Below are positions 1 to 9,342 of a DNA stretch of 64,000 nucleotides, one piece after another. Every line of letters starts with the position of its first letter. Position 1 is the first letter of the stretch. Origin of the DNA: an uncultured Paludibacteraceae bacterium (GTDB taxonomy: Bacteria > Bacteroidota > Bacteroidia > Bacteroidales > Paludibacteraceae); NCBI GenBank assembly GCA_964292695.1, contig CAXYWB010000002.1, positions 2,454-66,453 of the forward strand, given 5' to 3'. The notes under the pieces were generated by a model that saw only the letters and a program-made list of their open reading frames with translations, was not told where the DNA came from and made no database searches. A program made the position numbers and the translations under genes.

Positions 1-1702
1 CGGCGCTTCCGCCCATGGCAGCCAGTTTATTGGCAGCGGTATATTTATCGGTAATCAGCTTCTCCGAACATGCAATGAAATCGGTAAAGGTGTTTTTCTT
101 TTTCAGCAATTTTCCGTCTTCGTACCAACGCTCGCCCATATCGCTGCCGCCGCGTATGTGAGCTATGCCGAACACAAAACCCCGGTCAATCAGACTATAA
201 TAGGCTGAACTGAAAAAAACATCCATACTCATACCGTAGCTGCCGTAAGCATAGAGCAATGCAGGATTAGTACCGTTTTTCTTCAATCCTTTTTTGTAAA
301 CAACGGACATCGGCACTTTCACTCCATCGGCCGCAGTGGCCCAAAGTCTTTCCACCTCATAATCATCTGGTTTGAAGCCCGAAGGGATTTCCTGCTGTTT
401 AAGCAACGAAGTGTGTCCGTTTGTGCAATCATATTCGTAGAGGGTTGTGGGCCGGTTGAGCGAAGTGTATGAATAACGAAACGTGGCGGCATCGTATTCC
501 GGATTTCCACTCGAATAGGCATTGTAAACCGGTTCGGGAAAAGACACAAAGCGGCTTTTTCCTGTAACCAGGCTACGAATTTCCATTTCAGTCAAACCAT
601 TTTTGCGGGTTTCAATCACAATGTACTCTTTCTGAACGTTCAAATTCTCTATTCGTACATCCTTATTATGAGCTACCATTTCTTTCCATGCAGCCCGATT
701 GGCGTAGTCGGATTTGGCAACCTGATAAATTTTTCCGTTCAGATTTTCTTTGTCTTTGTAGCGAATGAAGAAAAAATCTTTGTGCGGATACACATCGTAT
801 TCCACATCCTGCACGCGCGGCATGAAGACGGCGAAAGCTTCTGAAGGATTATCGGCCGATAAAAGCCGGTCCTCGGAAGTGGTGGAACTACCGCTTGAAA
901 TCATGATCCACTCGCGGGTTTTGGTGCCCGAAACACCGGTAGAAAACTTGGGGTCTTTTTCTTCGTAAACCAGTTCGGCTTCAGGGTTACCCAGCACCTG
1001 ACGATAAACACGGAAAGAGCGCAACGTAATCGGGTCAATCAGACTGTAGAAAATGGTTTTATTGTCATTGGCCCAGGCGAAAGAAGAAGCACCTTTTACC
1101 GAAAAATCCAGGTCTTTTCCGGTAGTTAAATCTTTGATTTTCAGCACATAATCGGCAAATGAACCGGTTTCATTGTAGAAATAAGCAGCTTTCGTGTTAT
1201 CCGGACTTATCGTGTTGCCCCCAAACATAAAAGCCGGTTTTCCTTCGGCCATTTTATTTACGTCGAAAGTTACCTCTTCGGGTGCATTCAACGAACCTTT
1301 TTTGCGGCAATACGTCTTGTATTGCTTGCCCTTTTCGGTACGGGTGTAATAATAATATCCGTTGGAAAGTGTCGGAAAAGTTTGATCGTCTTCCTTCATA
1401 CGCCCTATTATTTCATCGTAAATTTTTTGCTGTAAATCGATGGTAGAAGCCATCACAGTGTCGGTGTACCTGTTTTCAGCTTTCAGGTATTCTATTACTT
1501 TCGGATTATTTTTGTCTTTCATCCAGAAATAATTATCGATACGCTCCACACCGAAGTTGGTCAGAGTATCAGCTTTTACTTCGGCTGACGGTGGTGACGG
1601 GAATTCTGTTTGGTTCAAAATATTGGCGGTTTTTTGTTGATTATTACATGAAATAAGAGTGCCCAGTAGTAAAACTCCGGCTAATAATGTTGAGTTTCTC
1701 AT
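1..1702 (-). CDS. S9A-family serine peptidase (oligopeptidase B / prolyl oligopeptidase-like), N-terminal ~567 aa; the C-terminus lies outside the window
   Basis: Hand translation of the minus strand from the ATG at 1702-1700 stays open to position 1. It shows a lipoprotein-type signal (LLLGTLISC) and ends ...HIRGGSDMGERWYEDGKLLKKKNTFTDFIACSEKL...AAMGGSA, the start of the GGSxGG nucleophile elbow. It is absent from the ORF track because no stop codon falls inside the window. Confidence 0.8.
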   Translation of the reverse strand, partial: MRNSTLLAGVLLLGTLISCNNQQKTANILNQTEFPSPPSAEVKADTLTNFGVERIDNYFWMKDKNNPKVIEYLKAENRYTDTVMASTIDLQQKIYDEIIGRMKEDDQTFPTLSNGYYYYTRTEKGKQYKTYCRKKGSLNAPEEVTFDVNKMAEGKPAFMFGGNTISPDNTKAAYFYNETGSFADYVLKIKDLTTGKDLDFSVKGASSFAWANDNKTIFYSLIDPITLRSFRVYRQVLGNPEAELVYEEKDPKFSTGVSGTKTREWIMISSGSSTTSEDRLLSADNPSEAFAVFMPRVQDVEYDVYPHKDFFFIRYKDKENLNGKIYQVAKSDYANRAAWKEMVAHNKDVRIENLNVQKEYIVIETRKNGLTEMEIRSLVTGKSRFVSFPEPVYNAYSSGNPEYDAATFRYSYTSLNRPTTLYEYDCTNGHTSLLKQQEIPSGFKPDDYEVERLWATAADGVKVPMSVVYKKGLKKNGTNPALLYAYGSYGMSMDVFFSSAYYSLIDRGFVFGIAHIRGGSDMGERWYEDGKLLKKKNTFTDFIACSEKLITDKYTAANKLAAMGGSA

Positions 1703-1915
1703 GACTTTGATTTGGTTTTTAAAATCAATTATTCGACAAATTTAGTAATTAAAATGATAAAATAGTAATCATGCGTGTATTTTTAGATTATGGAAAAGTG
1801 ATTAAGAACTAAATAATTATTAAATTTGTACTTCAAACGGCTACATAAATAAATTGCGCATAATATTTTTTCCATTAAATTGATAAATCCACCTTGCATT
1901 TTAGCGAAAATAACT

Positions 1916-1923
1916 TAACTTTG
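1916..1923 (+). promoter_or_regulatory. Bacteroidota sigma-A type -7 box (TAnnTTTG)
   Basis: TAACTTTG lies 78 nt upstream of the pta ATG, in an AT-rich divergent intergenic region. Confidence 0.45.
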
Positions 1924-2000
1924 TGAGAGTACAAAAACTTGGATTTTTATTGCATATTCTCAAATATTTACAATTAACCGACATGAAAAAATAAATTCCT

Positions 2001-3005
2001 ATGAAACTGCTCGAAGAAATTATGCAGCGTGCAAAAAACAATTTACAGCGGATTGTTTTACCCGAAGGTACAGAGATACGCACACTCAAAGCTGCCGATT
2101 TTATTTTGAAAGAAAAAGCTGCTAAACTAATCCTTATAGGCAGCACAGATGAAATCCACCGGCTGGCTGCCGAAAACAACCTGACACACATAGGCCATGC
2201 CCTCATCATTGACCCTGAAACTTATGGGGAAATGAAGCAATATTCCGACCTGCTGTACGAACTCCGCAAAGCAAAAGGAATGACGCCCGAAGAAGCTGTG
2301 GAACTGGCCAAAGATCCACTCTATCTGGCCTGCCTGATGATCAAAAACGGGGATGCCGACGGAGAACTGGCTGGCGCCCGCAACACAACAGGAAACGTAC
2401 TTCGTCCGGCCTTTCAGATAGTGAAAACCAAGCCCGGAATAAAAATCGTTTCAGGCGCCTTGCTCATGTTTACACCAGCAGCTCAATATGGCCAAGACGG
2501 ACTTCTGGTGTTTGCTGATTGTGCCGTTAATCCGAATCCAACGGCTGACGAACTGGCTCAAATAGCCATAAGTACAGCCGACACAACCCGCACTATTGTA
2601 GGAATAGAACCACGAGTGGCCATGTTGAGTTTTTCTTCAAAAGGAAGTGCGCAACACGAACTGGTGGATAAAGTGGTGGAAGCTACCCGCATAGCCCGTG
2701 AGATGGCTCCGGATCTGATGCTCGACGGCGAACTTCAGGCAGATGCAGCACTTGTACCTGCCATCGGACAGAGCAAAGCTCCCGGAAGCAGCGTGGCCGG
2801 AAAAGCAAATGTATTGGTTTTTCCCGATTTGCAATCCGGAAATATCAGTTATAAATTAGTGGAAAGACTTTCGGGTGCACAGGCTATCGGACCTGTACTT
2901 CAGGGTATTGCAGCACCTATCAACGACCTGTCGCGTGGATGCTCTGTTGAAGATATTATTCGCATGATTACCATTACTGCCAATCAGGCAATGAAAGTTA
3001 CTTAA
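2001..3005 (+). CDS. pta: phosphate acetyltransferase (short Pta form)
   Basis: 334-aa ORF. The N-terminus ([16 protein letters not shown]) and the C-terminal SRGCSVEDI are typical of phosphate acetyl/butyryl transferases, and ackA lies in the same cluster. Confidence 0.9.
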   Translation: MKLLEEIMQRAKNNLQRIVLPEGTEIRTLKAADFILKEKAAKLILIGSTDEIHRLAAENNLTHIGHALIIDPETYGEMKQYSDLLYELRKAKGMTPEEAVELAKDPLYLACLMIKNGDADGELAGARNTTGNVLRPAFQIVKTKPGIKIVSGALLMFTPAAQYGQDGLLVFADCAVNPNPTADELAQIAISTADTTRTIVGIEPRVAMLSFSSKGSAQHELVDKVVEATRIAREMAPDLMLDGELQADAALVPAIGQSKAPGSSVAGKANVLVFPDLQSGNISYKLVERLSGAQAIGPVLQGIAAPINDLSRGCSVEDIIRMITITANQAMKVT

Positions 3006-3021
3006 ACCCCGGTATCTTCCT

Positions 3022-3048
3022 AAACCCTTCCTCAAAAAGGAGTGAAAT
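3022..3048 (+). repeat. post-stop C-rich box followed by AAGGAGTGAAAT (5' half of the bipartite spacer element)
   Basis: AACCCTTCCTCAAAAAGGAGTGAAAT. The 12-mer AAGGAGTGAAAT recurs at 27153-27164 in the proC-prfB spacer, and TTCAGAAA follows 18-23 nt later in both copies. Confidence 0.3.
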
Positions 3049-3125
3049 ACATACTAAGGAATAATTTTATCTTTTCAGAAAAGATAGATTTCAAAAGATT
3101 CATTCAATCACACGCCCGGAAAGTA

Positions 3126-3152
3126 CCCTTAAAAGGGATTTTTGAGGGCCTC
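3126..3152 (+). repeat. start-proximal C-run/G-run hairpin plus GAGGG purine box
   Basis: CCCTTAAAAGGGATTTTTGAGGGCCTC ends 18 nt before the ATG at 3171. It has the same layout as the boxes at 15909, 27220 and 53835. Confidence 0.3.
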
Positions 3153-3170
3153 AAAAAATCTAAATAAGAA

Positions 3171-4127
3171 ATGGCATCACCAACGCATGAACCCATAGAA
3201 AGATATGGATTAAGTAAAAGAAGCCTCAAAAAAACATTATTCTCCAAAATAGGAGTGGTGGGTTGCGGCAAAGACGGGAGTGTAATAGCTACTGCCGCGG
3301 CCACACACGGCATGGAAGTAGTGTTTCTGGAACCTACCAACGAACAAATAACGAATGCTTACCGCCGAATAGAAGAAAAACTGGACAGGCGGATAAAAGG
3401 ATGGGGACTCACCGAAAACGAGAAAAAAGTTATACTCAGCCGCATAAAGGGCACGATGGACTATTCCGACTTTGAAGGATGTGATTTTGTGATTGAAGCC
3501 ATCCGCTACAATTCACTTACGGGCGAAAGAAGAATAACCGAACGCAAAGAAGTATTCCGAAAACTGGAAACAGTGCTCGAACCCGACGCTATCATTGCCT
3601 CGAACGTAACCACTGTTATTGTATCAGATTTGGCTTCCGAACTGGAATTCAAAAGTCGATGTATTGGGTTGCATTTCCTCTCGAATGTGGTCGAATCTCA
3701 AATTATCGAAATCGTTCGCGGACTTGAAACATCCGACGATACGTATGATAAGGTTTGTAAATTTTCACGCCTGATCAACTACCAATACGTTCCGGTAGTC
3801 GAGTCATCGGGGTTGGTAAGCATCCGTTTATTCCTTATTCAGCTGAACGAAGCATGCTCCATGCTTATGGAAGGCATAGCCACCACCGAAGATATAGACC
3901 GAATAATGAATGTAGGTTTCGGTCACCGCCAGGGTTTATTCAGAATTGCCGACAAACTCGGAATTGAAAAAATAGTAAAACTGATGGAAAATCTGTATGA
4001 CGAATACGGTCATGTGAAATACAAACCATCCCCGCTTTTGCTGCGAATGTACAGAGCAAAGCATCTGGGTGTAAATACCGGTAGGGGATTTTATACCTAC
4101 GACGAAGCAGGCAACGTAATAAAATGA
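3171..4127 (+). CDS. 3-hydroxyacyl-CoA dehydrogenase family protein (Hbd-like, divergent)
   Basis: 318-aa ORF with a GxGxxG (GVVGCGKDG), an IGLHF motif (His retained) and a C-terminal ...KYKPSPLLLRMYRAKHLGVNTGRGFYTY that matches the Hbd/FadB C-domain. Confidence 0.75.
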   Translation: MASPTHEPIERYGLSKRSLKKTLFSKIGVVGCGKDGSVIATAAATHGMEVVFLEPTNEQITNAYRRIEEKLDRRIKGWGLTENEKKVILSRIKGTMDYSDFEGCDFVIEAIRYNSLTGERRITERKEVFRKLETVLEPDAIIASNVTTVIVSDLASELEFKSRCIGLHFLSNVVESQIIEIVRGLETSDDTYDKVCKFSRLINYQYVPVVESSGLVSIRLFLIQLNEACSMLMEGIATTEDIDRIMNVGFGHRQGLFRIADKLGIEKIVKLMENLYDEYGHVKYKPSPLLLRMYRAKHLGVNTGRGFYTYDEAGNVIK

Positions 4128-4134
4128 GGAAAAA

Positions 4135-5349
4135 ATGAAAACGGAAAAAATGAAAATATTAGTACTGAATTGCGGAAGTTCGTCCGTTAAGTATAAACTC
4201 TTCGATATGAACGAACGGAAAGTAGTGGGTTCAGGCGGAGTAGAAAAAATAGGAATGAAAGGTTCTTTCCTCAAACACACCCGTGAAGACGGCGAAAAAG
4301 TGATACTCGAAGGTGAAGTACTTGAGCATCAGGTAGCTATTGAATACATATTGGGTGTATTGACCAGCAAAAAACACGGATGTCTGAACGATCTGGATGA
4401 TATCAGTGCAGTTGGTCATCGGGTAGTGCACGGAGGCGAACAATTTAATTCAAGCGTAATCATAACCGAAGAAGTAATCAGAAAAGTAGAATCGTGCATA
4501 GAAATTGCTCCACTTCACAATCCGCCAAACCTGGCCGGAATCTACGCTATCAATGAGCTGCTTCCTTCGGTACCGCAAGTGGCGGTTTTTGATACCGCTT
4601 ATCATCAGACCATGCCCGAATATGCTTACATGTACGGAATACCTTATTCATTATATAAAAAATACGGAATACGCCGCTACGGATTTCACGGTACAAGCCA
4701 TCGGTATGTGTCGCAGCGTGCTTGTGATTTTTTAGGTCTTGACTACACGAAAACTAAGATAATAACCGCCCACATTGGCAATGGTGCCTCCATTACAGCT
4801 ATTGAGAACGGTAAATCGGTGGATACCACCATGGGATTTACGCCGGTAGAAGGATTGATGATGGGAACTCGCTCGGGAGATATAGATCTGGGTGTAGTGA
4901 CTTATATTATGGAAAAGGAAATGATAGGAACCGCCGCTGCTACTACCCTGTTCAACAAGCATAGCGGTGTACTGGGAGTTTCGGGTCTTTCGTCGGATAT
5001 GCGCGATATCGAAAAGGCAATAAGCGAAGGCAATCAACGGGCAAAACTGGCTTTGGACATGTACGAATACCGGATTAAAAAATACATTGGCGCTTATGCC
5101 GCGGCACTCAACGGATTTGAGGTGCTGGTATTTACGGGTGGAGTGGGCGAAAATCAAACTGCAACGCGTGAAAAAGTTTGCAACGGATTAAACTTTTTGG
5201 GAATAGAAATTGAAACAGAAGCCAATAAAATACGTGGAGAAGAAATTCTCATAAGTACAAAAAAATCGAAAGTGAAAGTTGTGGTAATACCTACCGACGA
5301 AGAATACATGATAGCTGCCGACACCATGGAATTGACAGGGAAAAAATAA
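4135..5349 (+). CDS. ackA: acetate kinase
   Basis: 404-aa ORF with MKILVLNCGSSSVKYKLF, HRVVHGG and GFHGTSH motifs. The true start may be the second Met, at 4150. Confidence 0.95.
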   Translation: MKTEKMKILVLNCGSSSVKYKLFDMNERKVVGSGGVEKIGMKGSFLKHTREDGEKVILEGEVLEHQVAIEYILGVLTSKKHGCLNDLDDISAVGHRVVHGGEQFNSSVIITEEVIRKVESCIEIAPLHNPPNLAGIYAINELLPSVPQVAVFDTAYHQTMPEYAYMYGIPYSLYKKYGIRRYGFHGTSHRYVSQRACDFLGLDYTKTKIITAHIGNGASITAIENGKSVDTTMGFTPVEGLMMGTRSGDIDLGVVTYIMEKEMIGTAAATTLFNKHSGVLGVSGLSSDMRDIEKAISEGNQRAKLALDMYEYRIKKYIGAYAAALNGFEVLVFTGGVGENQTATREKVCNGLNFLGIEIETEANKIRGEEILISTKKSKVKVVVIPTDEEYMIAADTMELTGKK

Positions 5350-5452
5350 GATAAAATCACACAAAGTCACTATCTAATTGAATATCTTTAAAGGTGTTTA
5401 TTTTCAAAAAAGAATTCATTTCGAAACTGAACAAAATCAAAAAAAACTAAAA

Positions 5453-6124
5453 ATGGGAGTTCTTATTGCACTTTTAGTCATAATCAGCTGGGCATTGCAT
5501 TTGGCATATATGCTCCTTTTGCAACCTGTAAACTTGCTGGATGTCTGGTTTTGGGTCCACATGCTTATACAGACATGGCTTTTTACAGGTCTGTTTATTA
5601 CTGCTCATGATTCCATGCACGGAACCATTTCAGCAAACCGAAAACTCAATAATGTCATCGGTTTTTCAGCCACATTGCTTTTTGCCGGTATGTGGTATCC
5701 GATGCTTATCAAAAAGCACAAAATGCACCACATAAATCCGGGCACCGCTCTTGATCCCGATTATTACACCGGTAAGCAGAATTTTTTTGCCTGGTGGTTT
5801 TCGTTTATGAAAGCGTACGTAACAATTTGGCAAATTCTGATAATGGCGGGATTATTTAACCTTGGATTGCTGTATTTTTCAGAAATTCAACTGATTGTAC
5901 TCTGGATTATTCCTTCCATACTGGCTACTTTTCAGCTCTTTTATTTTGGCACTTATTTACCTCACCGATTGCCTCATACTACCGAAATGGGAATTTACAA
6001 ATCCCGTACATTGAAGAAAAATCACTTGTGGGCAATGCTTTCGTGTTACTTTTTTGGTTATCATTACGAGCATCATGCATCGCCGCAAACTCCATGGTGG
6101 AAGCTTTATCAGACAAAAAACTAA
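5453..6124 (+). CDS. crtW: beta-carotene ketolase-like membrane di-iron enzyme (CrtW / fatty-acid desaturase superfamily)
   Basis: Three His boxes are present: HDSMHG, KKHKMHHINPGTALDPDYY and FGYHYEHHASPQTPWWKL, and FGTYLPHR resembles CrtW. I start the gene at the ATG at 5453, because the track ORF begins at a TTG 25 codons upstream. Confidence 0.7.
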   Translation: MGVLIALLVIISWALHLAYMLLLQPVNLLDVWFWVHMLIQTWLFTGLFITAHDSMHGTISANRKLNNVIGFSATLLFAGMWYPMLIKKHKMHHINPGTALDPDYYTGKQNFFAWWFSFMKAYVTIWQILIMAGLFNLGLLYFSEIQLIVLWIIPSILATFQLFYFGTYLPHRLPHTTEMGIYKSRTLKKNHLWAMLSCYFFGYHYEHHASPQTPWWKLYQTKN

Positions 6125-6244
6125 CCCCGGACAAACGGTATTTGCTTTCTATTGCGTTGTAGTTTTTCCTGCCGATGAGGAGTATATGATAGCAGCAGTC
6201 AAAAGGGTATTGATGGCAAACTTTTAGCTGCTTATTGACAAAAA

Positions 6245-6272
6245 AAAAGGACTTCACAGGAGAGGTCCTTTT
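6245..6272. terminator. bidirectional hairpin between convergent genes
   Basis: AAAAGGAC-12 nt-GTCCTTTT is flanked by an A-run and a T-run. It lies between the crtW-like stop (6124) and the minus-strand ORF stop (6279). Confidence 0.55.
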
Positions 6273-6278
6273 GTGTTT

Positions 6279-6557
6279 TTACAATTTTCCGATATCTTCT
6301 ATAAACTTTTCGACGCCTGCGTTCCAGTCAGCGTACAGTTTACGGTAATATTCCTTCACTTCATTCGGTTTTTCTTTTCCGCCATTCCTACCAATACGGT
6401 TGATACATTCACGCGTAAATTGAGATATTTCTACAACCAAAGAATCGGCTTTCCCGGTATCTTCTTTCCCAGTCATGAGCGTTTTGAAAAAAACATCGGT
6501 AATCAGTTCAGAAGAAATGAACTGCATCGTTTTTTTAAGTTTTCGTTTACTTGCCAT
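6279..6557 (-). CDS. hypothetical small protein (92 aa)
   Basis: The composition is protein-like (MASKRKLKKT...EYYRKLYADWNAGVEKFIEDIGKL), a -7 box sits upstream on the same strand at 6640-6647, and a terminator follows. The overlapping plus-strand ORF 6273-6602 looks like a shadow ORF. Confidence 0.5.
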   Translation of the reverse strand: MASKRKLKKTMQFISSELITDVFFKTLMTGKEDTGKADSLVVEISQFTRECINRIGRNGGKEKPNEVKEYYRKLYADWNAGVEKFIEDIGKL

Positions 6558-6629
6558 TTTTCAGTTTTTTTTAAGTTTAGAGTTGAGCATTCCAGACTTT
6601 GAAAGTTGCATTTTTCAAGAAGAAAAGAA

Positions 6630-6637
6630 TACTTTTG
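6630..6637 (+). promoter_or_regulatory. -7 box TACTTTTG
   Basis: It matches TAnnTTTG upstream of the 6750 gene and is back-to-back with the minus-strand box at 6640-6647. Confidence 0.4.
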
Positions 6638-6639
6638 TA

Positions 6640-6647
6640 CAAATATA
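6640..6647 (-). promoter_or_regulatory. -7 box TATATTTG (minus strand)
   Basis: The plus strand reads CAAATATA, 83 nt upstream of the minus-strand start at 6557. Confidence 0.4.
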
Positions 6648-6749
6648 ACAGATAAAAATCGTTTAATCATCTTTTTTGAATAAATTTGTCTTTGGAAATA
6701 ATTCGGCCGACAAATCGTTTAAAGAGAAATACGACAACACAACTTGATT

Positions 6750-8228
6750 ATGTATCAAAAAATTATCAATAAAATATTTTTTTCTACACTCGCTTTTTTA
6801 ATTTCGATGGTGACGATGAATTCGTGTATCGACGAGCAGATTTCAGGCGATACGGCGCTGAAACTGGCTTTTTCAAAAGATACACTACTTTTTGATACTA
6901 TTTTTACTACCATCGGCAGTTCCACTTCCAGAATAAAAGTGTATAATCCGAACTCCAAAAATGTGGAAATATCGGCTATCGGCCTGGCGCGAGGCGCAAA
7001 TTCACCTTACAGAATCAATGTGGACGGGGCTTTGAGTCAGGACAACCGATTTACGAACATCGAACTCCGTGCCAAAGACAGTTTGTATATTTTTGTGGAA
7101 GTGACGGTTAATCCTCAGGATGTTAACTCACCTGTTTTTATTAAAGATTCCATCGTTTTTCTCACAAATAAAAATCAGCAAGACATAAAACTGCTTGCTT
7201 ACGGACAAAACATGGAAGTGCTTCGTAGCCGAACAATTCTGACCGACAGCACCCTGACAGCCGTAAAACCCTATCTGATCTTTGGCGATCTGGTTGTGGA
7301 TTCGGCTACCACGCTGACGCTGGAGCCGGGATGCCGATTGTACTTTCACAATGGGGCAAGTCTGGTTGTATACGGCAATCTGATAGCCGACGGGACCCGC
7401 GAGCTACCGATACTTATGCGCGGTGACCGCACCGACCGGATTTTCGAAGATGTGTCATACAACCTGGTTTCTAATCAGTGGGGTGGCGTGTTGCTGCTAA
7501 ACAAAGAGGGGATACATTCTTTTAACTATGTGAAAATGAACAGTGGCTATGTGGGAATTTATTTTTCGAACGACGACCGGAATTTCCGCCCGAAACTTGA
7601 AATAAACAACTCCAGAATCCACAATTTTCTGAAATACGGATTGGTCGTACAAAACGGGGATGTGTTGGTAACTAACTCCGAAATCTCAAACACAGGAGCC
7701 TATTCGGTGTATCTCAATGGCGGTAAACATACCTTTATCCACAGCACCATAGCCAACTATTTTAACAGCACCAACGTCAGGATTCAACCTTCGGGCAAAG
7801 AAGGAAATGCTGCAGTGATGATTATGGAGCTCAACAGGATTATTCCGATGGAAACGGTATTTAAGAACTGTATAATTGCCGGTTCGAATTCGAATGAACT
7901 GGATATTTTAACCCGTTCTGACGATAATTATCATGGCTCGTTCAGTCATAGTTATATCCGGAAAGTAAAACCGGATCCGGTACCTGCCATGTTTACCAAT
8001 ATAACCTGGTACAATCCGAAAGACACCATTTTCAAAAACACATATTACGATCTTAAAAAATTGCAATACTACAATTTTATGCCCGATTCAATTTCGCCCG
8101 CACGCAACATGGCCGATCCGGATGTAGCAAAGCTGTATCCTACTGACCTCAACGGCAACAGCCGACTGGAGGATAATCAGCCTGACGCAGGAGCGTATGA
8201 ATGGGTGCCGACGAAAAAGGCCCTCTAA
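6750..8228 (+). CDS. secreted protein or lipoprotein, probably a right-handed beta-helix repeat protein
   Basis: The ORF has a signal peptide with Cys (LISMVTMNSC), repetitive N/G/V-rich segments (...NSRIHNF..VVQNGDVLVTNSEISNTGAYSVYLNGG...) and a C-terminal DAGAYEW motif common in beta-helix proteins. I use the ATG at 6750. Confidence 0.55.
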   Translation: MYQKIINKIFFSTLAFLISMVTMNSCIDEQISGDTALKLAFSKDTLLFDTIFTTIGSSTSRIKVYNPNSKNVEISAIGLARGANSPYRINVDGALSQDNRFTNIELRAKDSLYIFVEVTVNPQDVNSPVFIKDSIVFLTNKNQQDIKLLAYGQNMEVLRSRTILTDSTLTAVKPYLIFGDLVVDSATTLTLEPGCRLYFHNGASLVVYGNLIADGTRELPILMRGDRTDRIFEDVSYNLVSNQWGGVLLLNKEGIHSFNYVKMNSGYVGIYFSNDDRNFRPKLEINNSRIHNFLKYGLVVQNGDVLVTNSEISNTGAYSVYLNGGKHTFIHSTIANYFNSTNVRIQPSGKEGNAAVMIMELNRIIPMETVFKNCIIAGSNSNELDILTRSDDNYHGSFSHSYIRKVKPDPVPAMFTNITWYNPKDTIFKNTYYDLKKLQYYNFMPDSISPARNMADPDVAKLYPTDLNGNSRLEDNQPDAGAYEWVPTKKAL

Positions 8229-8309
8229 ATCACCCAAAAAGGGTACTACATTGCAGATTCGAGCACCTTAAGACTTAGTTCGATGTTTTTTTACTAAAAA
8301 CTGAAAGAT

Positions 8310-9320
8310 ATGAAAAACTCTTACTTATATATTTTATTGCTATTTTTTTCAATTTCAGTTTTGGGTCAAAACAGGGAAATGAAGAACTTCAAAATAGTGA
8401 GCTACAACGTTGAAAATTATTTCGACGTAGTGGATGATTCACTGACCTCCGACGAAGAATACCTCCCTACCGGCATCAGAGCCTGGAATAATTCGAAATA
8501 TACAACTAAACAAACGAATATTGCCAAGGTACTGGCAGCCATCGGCGGCTGGGAGTCTCCAGCCATTGTCGGGCTATGTGAAATTGAGAGTGAAAAAAGC
8601 ATGAGAGACCTCACTCTTTACTCTCCGCTTAAAGGACTGGGATACAAATACATTCACCACGAGTCGCCCGATGCACGCGGTGTTGACGTAGCGCTTATGT
8701 ATCAGCCGCATCAGTTTAAGCCGTATTGGAATGAAATTATCCGAATTCCCACATTCAAAACCCGGGATATGCTTTACGTAGCCGGCAGAATGCCCAATGA
8801 AGACACTTTGCATGTTTTTGTATGCCATTTTCCTTCGCGGTTAGGCGGCGAACTCGAATCGGAAGACAGGCGAGTGACGGTAGCCGAAAAACTTCGCCTT
8901 AAAGTGGACAGCCTTTTTCAAACCTCAGAAAATCCAAATATTATTATCATGGGCGATTTCAATGACTATCCTTCGAATAGCAGTATTGTAGAGGTGCTGA
9001 AAGCCATGCCTCCATCCGATAATATTCAACCGAAAAATCTGTATAATCTGGCGCATTTGCTGCAAGAAAAAGGAAAAGGCTCACATAAATTTCAGGGAGA
9101 ATGGGGAATGCTCGATCAGATGATCGTTTCGGGCCAATTATTGAATCCGCTCAGCAGTATTTCAACGACTCCAAACGATATGCAGGTTTTTGAGGCAGAT
9201 TTTCTACTGGAAAATGACGAAGCATTTCTGGGAAAAAAACCATTCCGAACATACAATGGAATGACTTACCAGGGAGGTTATGCTGACCATCTGCCCGTAG
9301 TTCTGAATTTGTGGTATTAA
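8310..9320 (+). CDS. endonuclease/exonuclease/phosphatase (EEP) family protein, secreted
   Basis: The ORF has a signal peptide plus SYNVENYFD, GLCEIES, IIMGDFNDY and ADHLPV motifs. Confidence 0.8.
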   Translation: MKNSYLYILLLFFSISVLGQNREMKNFKIVSYNVENYFDVVDDSLTSDEEYLPTGIRAWNNSKYTTKQTNIAKVLAAIGGWESPAIVGLCEIESEKSMRDLTLYSPLKGLGYKYIHHESPDARGVDVALMYQPHQFKPYWNEIIRIPTFKTRDMLYVAGRMPNEDTLHVFVCHFPSRLGGELESEDRRVTVAEKLRLKVDSLFQTSENPNIIIMGDFNDYPSNSSIVEVLKAMPPSDNIQPKNLYNLAHLLQEKGKGSHKFQGEWGMLDQMIVSGQLLNPLSSISTTPNDMQVFEADFLLENDEAFLGKKPFRTYNGMTYQGGYADHLPVVLNLWY

Positions 9321-9342
9321 ACATTCCTGTCATTTTTTTTGT

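Noticed and set aside
8255-8263. The 9-mer TTGCAGATT is shared by the spacers after the beta-helix gene (8255) and after rnr (40551).
   Set aside because: Thousands of 9-mer coincidences are expected within 64 kb, so this is not evidence of homology on its own.
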